Of a stretch of 64,000 bases of DNA, positions 38,119-47,590 are shown piece after piece. Origin of the DNA: an uncultured Verrucomicrobiae bacterium. Lineage in GTDB: Bacteria; Verrucomicrobiota; Verrucomicrobiia; Chthoniobacterales; JAFAMB01. The position numbers and the translations under genes are program-made. Below the pieces are notes generated by a model that had not been told where the DNA came from, did no database searches, and was given only the letters and a program-made list of their open reading frames with translations. The stretch lies in NCBI GenBank assembly GCA_963762565.1, contig CAVXLD010000003.1, positions 640,001 through 704,000 of the forward strand, given 5' to 3'. Positions within the stretch are counted from its first letter, which is position 1. Every line of letters begins with the position of its first letter.

Positions 38119-38974
38119 CCGCTACCAGCGCCGGCCAGATTTGTGCGGCTGCCGCTAAATTTAGACGCTGAGAGTTTTCCGTATCGGGCGCCGGTTTCTT
38201 CGGATGATCGATGAGCGCTGTCTGGCGTTGCGTCCAGCGAGTGAATTGGGCCGGCGAATGGGCTCCGCACAGATCACCTCCAAGAACGGCGGTGAACTCG
38301 CGAAGCTTGCTTAACGCCCAACGGATATCTTCGGGTGTGAAAAGGCCTTGTTCCCAGTCCGTGATAGCGGTCTCTGGTTTGAGGCAATCCATGTCGATAG
38401 TGACATAGATCGGGGTATTGATGAGCCCGGCGGCGAACTCAGCGAATCGGTCTTGCCAATTCTGGGGCTTGATACCTTCCCACCGCTTGTGAGCCGAGCA
38501 TCCGAACCGATCGATCCAGGGCCATACTTCTAGTCTGCCCGATCGTAGAGCCGTGTGATTGGCAAACCACCGATGAGGCGGATTAAGCTCAAAGTTAGCG
38601 CAACCCCAGATGGCGACTCTTTTTAGAAGCGATGATTCTAAAGCGCGATTCATCCAGGTACCGCAACACCAATGCGGTGGGCGTGTATCCCAATCGGGAT
38701 GATTATCGAAAGAGATCAGTACGAACGGTTGCTTGATCTGCCGTAGCCAGAGAGCCGTTAAATGATGGAAATCGCCGGATCCATAAAGGGTGAAGGGGAC
38801 TAGATCCTCACGGACGGTTTCGAAAAATTTCTCGACGATACTTGTGGGTGCACAGTAACGCAGCCTTGGGCCCCAGATGCGATAACTCAAGGTCCGATCT
38901 AATGTGACAGAGTTCGAGGGCCAAGCGCCGTCGAGATCGATATGTTGCGTGCGGGGGGCCGGGGTATCGTGCAT
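38099..38974 (-). CDS. Divergent arginase/ureohydrolase-fold metallohydrolase
   Basis: GSGDFHH, FDNHPD, YVTIDMDCL and GGDLCG correspond to the arginase metal-binding motifs. Confidence 0.75.
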   Translation of the reverse strand: MHDTPAPRTQHIDLDGAWPSNSVTLDRTLSYRIWGPRLRYCAPTSIVEKFFETVREDLVPFTLYGSGDFHHLTALWLRQIKQPFVLISFDNHPDWDTRPPHWCCGTWMNRALESSLLKRVAIWGCANFELNPPHRWFANHTALRSGRLEVWPWIDRFGCSAHKRWEGIKPQNWQDRFAEFAAGLINTPIYVTIDMDCLKPETAITDWEQGLFTPEDIRWALSKLREFTAVLGGDLCGAHSPAQFTRWTQRQTALIDHPKKPAPDTENSQRLNLAAAAQIWPALVAEVIGDS

Positions 38975-38990
38975 CCTTGGCCAGCATTGT

Positions 38991-39281
38991 ATAGGAGCCA
39001 GGAGTCAGAATCCAGGAGCCAGAAGAAGCGTATCGGCGTATGGGCGTATCGGCGTATCGGCGCGAGAGTGCGCTGGGTCAACCGGTAGCGTTTGAGAGGA
39101 CAAAGGGAATAGATCAAAGGACAAAATGCTGGGGTATCGGGGGCAGTCCCACTAGTCGCATAGGTCCCATAAGTCCCATCCGTGCCTGCGCCTGAATGCA
39201 TCCAGTTACCCATCGCGCTCTCACGCCCATACGCCAACACGCTTGTCCTCGCTCCTAGATTCTAGCTCCTAGCTCCTGTAT
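38991..39281. repeat. Multi-layer nested tandem-repeat palindrome
   Basis: Outer (GGAGCCA)n/(TAGCTCC)n; next (GTATCGGC)n/(GCCCATAC)n; inside, a GGACAAA-type block and a 9-mer GTCCCATAA block. Confidence 0.88.
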
Positions 39282-39294
39282 CTTTAGTGCCCAG

Positions 39295-40497
39295 ATGCTC
39301 TCCCTCTCAGACATTCAAGCGGCAAAACGGCGTATCAAGGGTGGGATTTACTATTCGCCCTGTCCCCACTCGGAACCATTATCCGAGGCGGTTGGCGCCG
39401 ATATCTTTTGCAAACTGGATCACTTGCAGAGGACCGGAAGTTTTAAGGAACGAGGGGCACGAAATGCGCTTTTGCTTTTAAATGACGAGCGTCGCGGGCT
39501 TGGAGTGGTTGCCGCGTCCGCGGGGAATCACGCGCTGGGGCTCGCCTATCACGGGAAACTACTGGGCATCCCCGTGACGGTCGTAATGCCTCAGTACGCG
39601 CCGTTGATTAAGATCACCACTTGCCAACGTTTGAGCGCCAATGTCGTGGTAGCGGGGAACAGCTTTGCCGAAGCTCGCGAGAAAGCCGATCAATTGGCCC
39701 AGGAAAAGGAGCTTACCTACATCCATGGCTATGATGATTGGAACATTATCGCCGGGCAAGGGACGATGGCATTGGAAATCCTCGATCAAGTGCCGGAACT
39801 AGATGCGATTCTCGTACCCATAGGTGGAGGAGGATTGATCGCGGGAGTCGGCCTCGCCATAAAAGCACTGAAACCGACAGTAAAAGTCATTGGGGTTTCT
39901 GCCGAAAACACGCCGAGTTTCGCGGCTGCTCTGGCCGCCGGGAAACCGGTTAGCGTAAAAAACGGGGCGACTCTGGCCGATGGTCTAGCCGTGCCGGCGG
40001 TAGGCGTTAACGCTTTCGAAATCGCTCGAGAAGTGGTTGATCAGTTCGTCGTGGTGTCAGAGAATGAAATCGCTCTGGCGATCCTCCGGATCTTGGAACT
40101 AGAGAAAAGCGTAGTTGAAGGGGCCGCCGCTTCGACATTGGCCGCATTACTCGGCGGTAAATTACCGGAGCTTGCGGGCAAACGTGTGGTCTTACCTTTT
40201 TGCGGAGGCAACATCGATCCGGGTGTCCTGAATCGAGTGATCGAACGTGGTCTGGTCGCTGATGGCCGGCTATTCCGGTTCATTGCCACAATTAGCGACC
40301 GCCCCGGGGGTTTAGCCGCCCTCACAAAGGTGATTGCGTCGGTGGGCGCAAGCGTGAAAGAGATCACGCACGATCGCACCTTCTGCGCCGCCGACGTATC
40401 GGCCGTGCAGGTGAGTTGTGTGGTGGAGACGAGGGATCAAGCGCATATCGAAGCCCTGCAGCGTGCATTGCGCGAGGGGGGCATTAAGTGTCTGTAG
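39295..40497 (+). CDS. ilvA: Threonine ammonia-lyase with C-terminal ACT domain
   Basis: QRTGSFKERGA, ASAGNHA, IAGQGT, PIGGGGL, GGNID, DRPGGL. Confidence 0.9.
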   Translation: MLSLSDIQAAKRRIKGGIYYSPCPHSEPLSEAVGADIFCKLDHLQRTGSFKERGARNALLLLNDERRGLGVVAASAGNHALGLAYHGKLLGIPVTVVMPQYAPLIKITTCQRLSANVVVAGNSFAEAREKADQLAQEKELTYIHGYDDWNIIAGQGTMALEILDQVPELDAILVPIGGGGLIAGVGLAIKALKPTVKVIGVSAENTPSFAAALAAGKPVSVKNGATLADGLAVPAVGVNAFEIAREVVDQFVVVSENEIALAILRILELEKSVVEGAAASTLAALLGGKLPELAGKRVVLPFCGGNIDPGVLNRVIERGLVADGRLFRFIATISDRPGGLAALTKVIASVGASVKEITHDRTFCAADVSAVQVSCVVETRDQAHIEALQRALREGGIKCL

Positions 40498-40502
40498 GGA
40501 AA

Positions 40503-40967
40503 GAGCTAGGAGAGGCGAACGCAGCTCTATCGCAATCGTCCTCTTCCTCCAAGAGCGTGGCGGGCTGATGCGACGTGCGATCGCCCAGCGCCCGGAGGGG
40601 AGCCGCTTTGGCGTGTATTAGGTGACCTCGCGATATTTGTTTCAGCGCTCCCTTCGGCCAAAGAATATCGCAACAGGCGGCTCCCGCGCATAATCCAGCG
40701 GTTCGCAGCTTTCCGGGCTTAAACGAATCGAAAGTCACAGGCAAATGTTTCACGCTGGGTTATTCCCGGGAGCCGCCTGTTTTCACACGCCCTGGCCGGA
40801 CTAGCATTGCGACGAAATGTGCTAGGGCGGCGAGATACACGCCAAAGCGGCTCCCCTCCAGGCGCTGGGTGATCGCACATCGCATCGACCCGCGCCACTA
40901 TCGAGGACGAGGACGATGACCGATCCGCGCACACCCTCCTGGCTCCTAGATTCTGGCTCCTGGCTCC
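40503..40967. repeat. Nested palindrome containing family 2 copy b (40594-40860)
   Basis: Heptamer layer, (CGTCCT)/(GAGGAC) hexamer layer, 36-bp arm layer, then GGAGGGGAGCCGCTTTGG...CCAAAGCGGCTCCCCTCC with the same inner motifs as 22765-23051. Confidence 0.9.
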
Positions 40968-40974
40968 TTCTTCA

Positions 40975-41002
40975 TTGACCCCACTCCGGCGCATTCTATA
41001 TT
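40975..41002 (+). promoter_or_regulatory. Sigma70-like promoter for the peroxiredoxin-acnA unit
   Basis: TTGACC-16 nt-TATATT ending 9 nt before the ATG, implying a very short leader. Confidence 0.45.
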
Positions 41003-41011
41003 TCAACAAAT

Positions 41012-41506
41012 ATGGCACTTCCAGTCGGTTCTAAAGCCCCTGACTTCGAACTCAGCAGCAAGAATGCCGAGGGTATTAAGCTGGTTAAGCTCAGCGACAA
41101 TTTTGGTAAGAACAATACGCTTTTACTCTTTGTTCCGATGGCTTTTACCAGCGTCTGTACATCGGAGTTCTGCAGTGTGTCCGAAGGGCTTGTGACCTAC
41201 GAAGGTCTCGACACGGTCGTTTACGGTATCAGCGGTGATAGTCCGTTTTCTCAAGAGGCCTGGGCCCAGGAAGAGAAGATTACGGTCACTCTGCTCAGCG
41301 ACTACGAGCACTCGGTGGCGAAAGCCTACGATGTGGCGTACACGAGCTTTTTCCCAAGCAAAAATCTCCCATTCGGCGGCGTAGCCAAACGCTCAGCGTT
41401 TGTGATCGATCGTAACGGTGTAATCCAATATTCCGAGAGCTCAGATGACCCCAGAGTCCTTCCGGACTTTGATGCGATCGGGCTGAAATTGAAGGAGTTA
41501 GTATAG
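41012..41506 (+). CDS. Peroxiredoxin (AhpE/BCP-like redoxin)
   Basis: [37 protein letters not shown]. Confidence 0.9.
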   Translation: MALPVGSKAPDFELSSKNAEGIKLVKLSDNFGKNNTLLLFVPMAFTSVCTSEFCSVSEGLVTYEGLDTVVYGISGDSPFSQEAWAQEEKITVTLLSDYEHSVAKAYDVAYTSFFPSKNLPFGGVAKRSAFVIDRNGVIQYSESSDDPRVLPDFDAIGLKLKELV

Positions 41507-41508
41507 AG

Positions 41509-44253
41509 ATGTTATCCTCCCAGACGGTCCGCTCATTCAGATATCATCAGGGGAAAACGGCGAAATTTTATTCATTGCCAGCGCTAGAAGAGGCCGGCCT
41601 TGCGGCGATCTCCCGCTTGCCCGTGAGCATCCGGATTGTCTTAGAATCCGTGCTCCGGAATTGCGACGGCAAAAAGATCGCGGAAAAGGATGTGCTTAAT
41701 TTGGCGCGCTGGAACGCCAAGAACCCGGCTAATGAAGAGATTCCCTTCATTGTAGCGCGGATTGTGCTTCAAGACTTTACCGGTGTGCCGCTGCTGGTGG
41801 ATCTAGCCGCGATGCGGGACGCAGTAGCGGCGCTGGGCAAAGATCCAAAATTGATCGAGCCGCTGGTGCCGGTAGATCTGGTGGTCGATCACTCTGTGCA
41901 GGTCGATTTCGCCGGATCGGCAGAAGCGTTAAGCTTGAACCTGGATTACGAGTTCAAACGTAACCGGGAACGTTACGAATTTCTGAAGTGGGGCCAACAG
42001 GCCTTTGAAACCTTCAAGGTGGTGCCGCCGGGCATCGGCATCGTGCACCAAGTGAATCTGGAATACCTGGCTAAGGGAGTGCTGAGTTCGACCGCGGGAG
42101 GTGAGGAAGTCTGTTATCCGGATACGCTGGTCGGCACGGATTCGCATACCACGATGATCAATGGCCTAGGGATCGTCGGTTGGGGAGTCGGGGGGATCGA
42201 GGCGGAAGCCGGGATGCTCGGTCAACCGGTCTATTTTCTAACCCCGGAAGTCGTCGGCGTTCATCTCTCTGGCAAATTGAGAGAAGGGGTAACCGCGACC
42301 GATCTGGCGTTGCGCGTGACCCAAATGTTGCGGGCCGCCAAGGTGGTCGGGAAATTCGTGGAATTCTACGGCGAAGGCGCTTCTTCATTGCCACTACCGG
42401 ACCGGGCAACGATAGCGAATATGGCCCCCGAGTATGGGGCTACCATGGGCTTTTTCCCGGTGGACGCAGAATCGATAAACTATTTTCGGCTAACCGGACG
42501 CTCCGAGGAAACGGTCGACCGATTCGAACAATACTTTCGGGCGCAACAATTGTTCGGGATGCCGCCGAAAGGCCAAATCGACTACAGCGTCGATCTGGAG
42601 CTGGATCTGGGTACGGTGCAGCCGAGTGTAGCCGGTCCCAAGCGGCCGCAAGATCGGATCGACCTGGAGCATCTCGGGTCCAATTTTCATGAGCTTTTCA
42701 GCAAGCCCGCGAAAGAGGGCGGCTACGGGAAAACAGCGGATGCATTGAGTGAGAGGGTGACCGTATCGGTCAATGGTGAGCAACAACCGGCGCCTGGTCC
42801 CGGCCGGACTGGCTCAGTGGGCCACGGCAGCGTCCTGATCGCCGCGATCACCAGTTGCACTAATACCAGCAACCCGAGTGTCATGCTGGCCGCAGGTTTA
42901 CTCGCCAAGAAGGCGGTCGAGCGCGGGCTAAAGGTTAATCCGACGGTGAAGACGTCGCTCGCGCCGGGCTCACGAGTGGTAACCGACTATCTGGCAAAGA
43001 CTGGGTTACAGCCTTACCTTGATAGGCTGGGCTTCAATATCGTGGGGTACGGCTGTACTACCTGCATCGGCAATTCCGGGCCGCTGCATCCCAATATTGA
43101 ACGCGCTATTACCGAGAAGGATTTGGTGGCGGCTTCAGTGCTTTCGGGGAACCGGAATTTCGAAGCCCGCGTTCATCAGAGCATCAAAGCCAATTTCTTG
43201 ATGTCGCCCCCGTTAGTAGTGGCTTTTGCCTTGGCGGGAAAGGTGGATATCGATCTCACTCACGAACCTGTGGGACGAGACGCCGATGGCAAAGAGGTCT
43301 ATCTCCGCGAACTTTGGCCGAGCCTGGCCGAAGTTAGGGACGCCATGATATCGGCCCTTTCTCCGGAAGTTTTTCGACAGCTCTACCGAGATTTTGCCGA
43401 TCAGAACCCGAAATGGAACGAAGTCCCGGCGACAACTGGAGTGACGTACAAGTGGGATGAAAAGAGCGACTACATCCATAGCCCGCCCTATTTTGCCGAA
43501 TTCTCCCTAGGGATTGACGATATTGCTGATATTACCGGGGCGCGGCCTTTGGGAATTTTTGGCGACTCGGTGACGACGGATCATATTTCGCCGGCCGGGG
43601 CTATCAAACAGAGTTCTCCCGCGGGCCAATACTTGGTCGGCCGGGGCATTAAGCCTGTCGATTTCAACAGTTACGGGAGCCGGCGTGGGAACGATCTCGT
43701 GATGACCCGAGGTACCTTTGCCAATGTGCGGATCAAAAACCTGATGGTTCCCGGGGTCGAAGGGGGCGTAACGATCTACCATCCGGAGGGGGAACAACTG
43801 CCGATCTATGATGCGGCAGTGCGCTATCGCGAAAACGGCGTACCGTTGGTAGTGATAGCCGGGCACGAGTATGGGACAGGTTCCAGTCGCGACTGGGCGG
43901 CCAAAGGCACGTTGCTGCTAGGGGTCAAGGCCGTGATCGCTCAGAGCTTCGAGAGGATCCATCGATCGAATCTGGTGGGGATGGGGATTTTACCGCTGCA
44001 GTTTGTTGATGGAACAAGCGCGCAATCGCTGGGACTGGATGGCTCTGAGGTGTATCACATTACGTCACTAGACAATCAGATTCGCCCGAGGCAGAAGGTG
44101 CCCTTAAGGATTGAACGCAAGGACGGCTCAACTGAAACCTTAGAGGTAATCCTGCGCATCGACACTCCGGTCGAAATCGATTACTATCGGCACGGTGGTA
44201 TTCTCGCCTATGTGCTTAGAGGATTGCTCGGACTCACTCGCTCAAGCCCTTGA
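41509..44253 (+). CDS. acnA: Aconitate hydratase A
   Basis: [50 protein letters not shown]. Confidence 0.97.
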   Translation: MLSSQTVRSFRYHQGKTAKFYSLPALEEAGLAAISRLPVSIRIVLESVLRNCDGKKIAEKDVLNLARWNAKNPANEEIPFIVARIVLQDFTGVPLLVDLAAMRDAVAALGKDPKLIEPLVPVDLVVDHSVQVDFAGSAEALSLNLDYEFKRNRERYEFLKWGQQAFETFKVVPPGIGIVHQVNLEYLAKGVLSSTAGGEEVCYPDTLVGTDSHTTMINGLGIVGWGVGGIEAEAGMLGQPVYFLTPEVVGVHLSGKLREGVTATDLALRVTQMLRAAKVVGKFVEFYGEGASSLPLPDRATIANMAPEYGATMGFFPVDAESINYFRLTGRSEETVDRFEQYFRAQQLFGMPPKGQIDYSVDLELDLGTVQPSVAGPKRPQDRIDLEHLGSNFHELFSKPAKEGGYGKTADALSERVTVSVNGEQQPAPGPGRTGSVGHGSVLIAAITSCTNTSNPSVMLAAGLLAKKAVERGLKVNPTVKTSLAPGSRVVTDYLAKTGLQPYLDRLGFNIVGYGCTTCIGNSGPLHPNIERAITEKDLVAASVLSGNRNFEARVHQSIKANFLMSPPLVVAFALAGKVDIDLTHEPVGRDADGKEVYLRELWPSLAEVRDAMISALSPEVFRQLYRDFADQNPKWNEVPATTGVTYKWDEKSDYIHSPPYFAEFSLGIDDIADITGARPLGIFGDSVTTDHISPAGAIKQSSPAGQYLVGRGIKPVDFNSYGSRRGNDLVMTRGTFANVRIKNLMVPGVEGGVTIYHPEGEQLPIYDAAVRYRENGVPLVVIAGHEYGTGSSRDWAAKGTLLLGVKAVIAQSFERIHRSNLVGMGILPLQFVDGTSAQSLGLDGSEVYHITSLDNQIRPRQKVPLRIERKDGSTETLEVILRIDTPVEIDYYRHGGILAYVLRGLLGLTRSSP

Positions 44254-44288
44254 ACCACTGAAGCCGCGATGAAAGCTTGGTTGTCACG

Positions 44289-44483
44289 ATGAGAAAGGTC
44301 TTACGGGTTCTGTGCTATCTACCGGTGATCCTGCTTGGTATCGCCGGAGTGGTAATATTGATTCACATGTACGACATCACCGAAATCGGAAGACCGAAGG
44401 CTACCGTTGTCGACAATGCTGACGCCCCGGGTAAATCCAAGAAACCCACTCCTCGCGGCCCGTTTTCGAACCCGACACCTTAG
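44289..44483 (+). CDS. Small single-TM hypothetical protein
   Basis: MRKVLRVLCYLPVILLGIAGVVILI followed by a Pro/Lys-rich tail. Confidence 0.5.
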   Translation: MRKVLRVLCYLPVILLGIAGVVILIHMYDITEIGRPKATVVDNADAPGKSKKPTPRGPFSNPTP

Positions 44484-44675
44484 CGATCTTGCTTTTGCAT
44501 TTTTGAGCGTCCCGGCTCGGGCGAGCTTTTCTGCTCGATCCAGAGTTGGTCTGCCCTGAGAGTAGTGCCGAAGTCCTGTTCGGCGAGATGAGAAATTTCA
44601 ATTTTTTACCTAGTACTCTCAACAGAATTGCACTACAAAGGGTGGCTCCCGCCTTCAGGGGATATTCGTAGGGAC

Positions 44676-46388
44676 ATGGAACATCCAAAGATTGTAATCA
44701 TTGGGCTGGACTCCGCGACGTGGGATTTACTCGGGCCATGGGCAGCGAAAGGCTTATTACCTAACCTTGGGTTGCTAACGTCGAATGGCGCCAGCGGTGA
44801 ATTGGAATCGGCAATACCGCCTCTAACACCGCCGGCGTGGACGTCATTTATGACCGGGAAGAACCCCGGCAAACATGGGATCTTTTATTTTCTGGAACCG
44901 CAGCCAGGAAGCTACGCGATGCGTTATGCCAACGCCGGGTCGCGGCGTTCGAGGACCTTCTTTGGTCTGCTTTCCGATGCCGGAATCAAGGTAGGCTCAG
45001 TCAATATTCCGTTTACGTACCCACCGGAACCGCTGAACGGCTTCCAAATCTCCGGTATGGATACGCCAACCGAGAAAAGTGCTTTCATTTATCCGCCCGA
45101 ACTTCGGGAGGAGTTAGATAAGGCGGTGGGCAAGCTGCGCTTCGACATTACCCACCTGGGCTTTATGTCGACGGATGCGCGGCGGGCCCAAGTACTGGCG
45201 GAGATGGAACAGGTCGATGACCAATGGACGAAGCTCGGTCTCTACCTGCTGGAAAAGCATCCCGCCGAAGTCATGATGTTCACGTTCATGTCGATAGACA
45301 CCGTGCAGCACCATTTCTGGCAGTACATGGATCCGGGGCATTTTATGTACGATGCATCCCGGGCCCAGCAGTTCGGCGAGGCTGTTCTTCGCGTCTATCA
45401 ACGATTGGACCGGGCAGTGGGAAAGTTCCTGGAGCATTTGTCAGAGGATACGACGGTAATAGTGGTGTCTGACCACGGAGGCGGCCCGGTGTCCGATCGG
45501 GTGATCCACTTGAATCGGTTTCTGGCTCAGCTCGGGCTCTTGAAGTACCGGGAACAGAAACAGTCAGCCCTGGGTAAGGTAAAGCAGCAAGTCATCAAGA
45601 GCCTCTATAAGCTGCTTTACGGAACGCTCAGTCCAGATCAAAAAAAGTTTCTAGCTGGTCTGCTGCCGGGGTTACGCGAACGATTCGAGGGCGCCTACAC
45701 TTCGTTTGCCAATATCGATTGGTCGGGAACTAAGGCCTATTGCAGCGAGATCTTGGCCTCGCCACCTAGCATTTGGATCAACAAGAAAAGCGAAAAGCCG
45801 GCCGGAATCGTTTCCGAAGAAGAATACGAACCGCTATTGACGCTTATTACTCAGAAGCTAAGCGAGTTGAAAGATCCGAGGACCGGGCAATCGTTAGTTC
45901 CTCGAATTTATCGGCGCGACGAGCTGTTTCATGGGCCGTATGCGAAAGAAGCTCCCGATCTCATTCTGGACTGGTGGAGCGAAAACGCATTTTCAATAAA
46001 GCCTAGCTTTCCGGAAGATGGCGATCAGCCGGTTATACAGATCAAACCCCGCGCACCGGTACAGGAACCGGAATGGGGCGGTACTCATCGGAAGTCCGGT
46101 ATCCTGATCATGCGAGGTAAAGCATTCAAAACGGGAGCCTGTATCGAGGGCGCCAGGTTGGTGGATATGGCGCCAACCATTCTTCACCTGATGGGCCAGA
46201 GAATTCCCGAAGACATGGATGGACGGGTGCTGGTGGACGCGTTCAATCCCGAATTTGCGCAGCAGCGCACCGCTGAATTCGTGGCCTCAACTGCGGATAC
46301 CAGCGGAGAGGGCGGAGACAAATCTTACTCCGCGGAAGAAGCCTCTCAAATCGAGGCTCGCCTAAAGGCGCTTGGATATATCGACTGA
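44676..46388 (+). CDS. Alkaline-phosphatase-superfamily protein (type I phosphodiesterase/nucleotide pyrophosphatase)
   Basis: IIGLDSAT, PPLTPPAWTSFMTG, DTVQH, VSDHGG, C-terminal RLKALGYID. Confidence 0.88.
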   Translation: MEHPKIVIIGLDSATWDLLGPWAAKGLLPNLGLLTSNGASGELESAIPPLTPPAWTSFMTGKNPGKHGIFYFLEPQPGSYAMRYANAGSRRSRTFFGLLSDAGIKVGSVNIPFTYPPEPLNGFQISGMDTPTEKSAFIYPPELREELDKAVGKLRFDITHLGFMSTDARRAQVLAEMEQVDDQWTKLGLYLLEKHPAEVMMFTFMSIDTVQHHFWQYMDPGHFMYDASRAQQFGEAVLRVYQRLDRAVGKFLEHLSEDTTVIVVSDHGGGPVSDRVIHLNRFLAQLGLLKYREQKQSALGKVKQQVIKSLYKLLYGTLSPDQKKFLAGLLPGLRERFEGAYTSFANIDWSGTKAYCSEILASPPSIWINKKSEKPAGIVSEEEYEPLLTLITQKLSELKDPRTGQSLVPRIYRRDELFHGPYAKEAPDLILDWWSENAFSIKPSFPEDGDQPVIQIKPRAPVQEPEWGGTHRKSGILIMRGKAFKTGACIEGARLVDMAPTILHLMGQRIPEDMDGRVLVDAFNPEFAQQRTAEFVASTADTSGEGGDKSYSAEEASQIEARLKALGYID

Positions 46389-46398
46389 TTTTCGCCAA

Positions 46399-47589
46399 AT
46401 GAGATCGTATTCGATTGCGATGGTGGCTGCATGCCCTTTTCCAGTGAACTATGGGTCACCGGGAGCGATTCGTGAACTGGCAGAAACGCTCTCTGAAATG
46501 GGGCACGACATCCATATAGTTACGTATCCGGAGGGTGATGATCTGCCGGTAGGCAATGCCCGGTTGCATCGGGCGGGGCGAGTCCAAGAGAAGAGTGGAC
46601 CGCAAGTCGGTCCCAATGCACGAAAACTCTGGATCGACGTTCTGTTGGTCATCAAGTTGTGCCAAGTCATTTGGCACGAAAAGATCGAGATTATTCACGC
46701 TCACAATTACGAGGGCGGCCTGGCGGGAATCATTGGCAAACTCTGTACTTGGAAACCTCTGGTCTACAATGCCGTCAATTTGATGTTGGACGAACTGCAT
46801 ACCTATGGGTTCATAAAGCCGGCTTTCCTTGCTAAATTCTTGGCGACCATGCTCGATAGTCTGATGCCGCTGTTTCCCGATCACATCATTACGGTCACCC
46901 CGGAGCTAAATGATTGGTACGTCCGGAGGGGAGTTAAAAAGGAGCGGCTCACCATGATTCCATGCGGGGTGAAGCCGGCCATGTTTGCGGGGGCGGATCC
47001 CAGTGAGTTCCTACAGAGATACTCGGTAGGATCCCGGCCAGTTGTGATGTACACCGGTATCAACAGCGCGTTTCAACGGGTGGATTACCTGCTGCGCGCA
47101 TTTAGTATCGTCCTCAAGTCGGAGCCGGCCGCGCTTTTAATGATTGTAAGCCCGCTAAGTGGTGAACCGAATTATCAAACGAATGTTGACCTGGCGAAGG
47201 CGCTCGGCATTTCCGAAAGCGTGCTTTTCGTCGGTCCCCACGAGCTGCAAGAATTGCCAAATTATCTGGCGATGGCCTCAGTCACAGTGGTACCGCGCCC
47301 AGAATGCCCAGGGCATCCAATTAAGCTTTTGAACTATATGATGTCAGCGAAGGCCATCGTCTGCTTCGCCGGGTCCGCAAAAGGAGTCCGTCATCTCCAT
47401 GACGCCGTGATTGTGCCTGATCACGATTGGGAAAAAATGGGGGAGGCAATCGTCACCCTGATAAAAGATCCGGCGTTGGCAAAAATGCTGGGCAAAAACG
47501 CGCGGGAAACGGTTTTAAACAATTTCGATTGGAAAATCTTGGCGAAAAAAGTCGAGCTCATATATGCCGGGCTGCGCCCTGTGAAATAG
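46399..47589 (+). CDS. Glycosyltransferase family 4
   Basis: GHDIHIVT, IIHAHN, IPCGV, PIKLLNYM, GKNARE, FDW. Confidence 0.88.
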   Translation: MRSYSIAMVAACPFPVNYGSPGAIRELAETLSEMGHDIHIVTYPEGDDLPVGNARLHRAGRVQEKSGPQVGPNARKLWIDVLLVIKLCQVIWHEKIEIIHAHNYEGGLAGIIGKLCTWKPLVYNAVNLMLDELHTYGFIKPAFLAKFLATMLDSLMPLFPDHIITVTPELNDWYVRRGVKKERLTMIPCGVKPAMFAGADPSEFLQRYSVGSRPVVMYTGINSAFQRVDYLLRAFSIVLKSEPAALLMIVSPLSGEPNYQTNVDLAKALGISESVLFVGPHELQELPNYLAMASVTVVPRPECPGHPIKLLNYMMSAKAIVCFAGSAKGVRHLHDAVIVPDHDWEKMGEAIVTLIKDPALAKMLGKNARETVLNNFDWKILAKKVELIYAGLRPVK

Positions 47590-47590
47590 G

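Noticed and set aside
1981..40967. CRISPR array interpretation of the repeats
   Set aside because: Repeats are inverted pairs or 7-9-nt tandem units, not 25-40-nt direct repeats with regular spacers, and no cas genes are present.
44631..44672. Possible further REP-like remnant before the glycan cluster (CTAC...CCCGCCTTCAGGGG...GTAG)
   Set aside because: Single degenerate copy, too weak to support.
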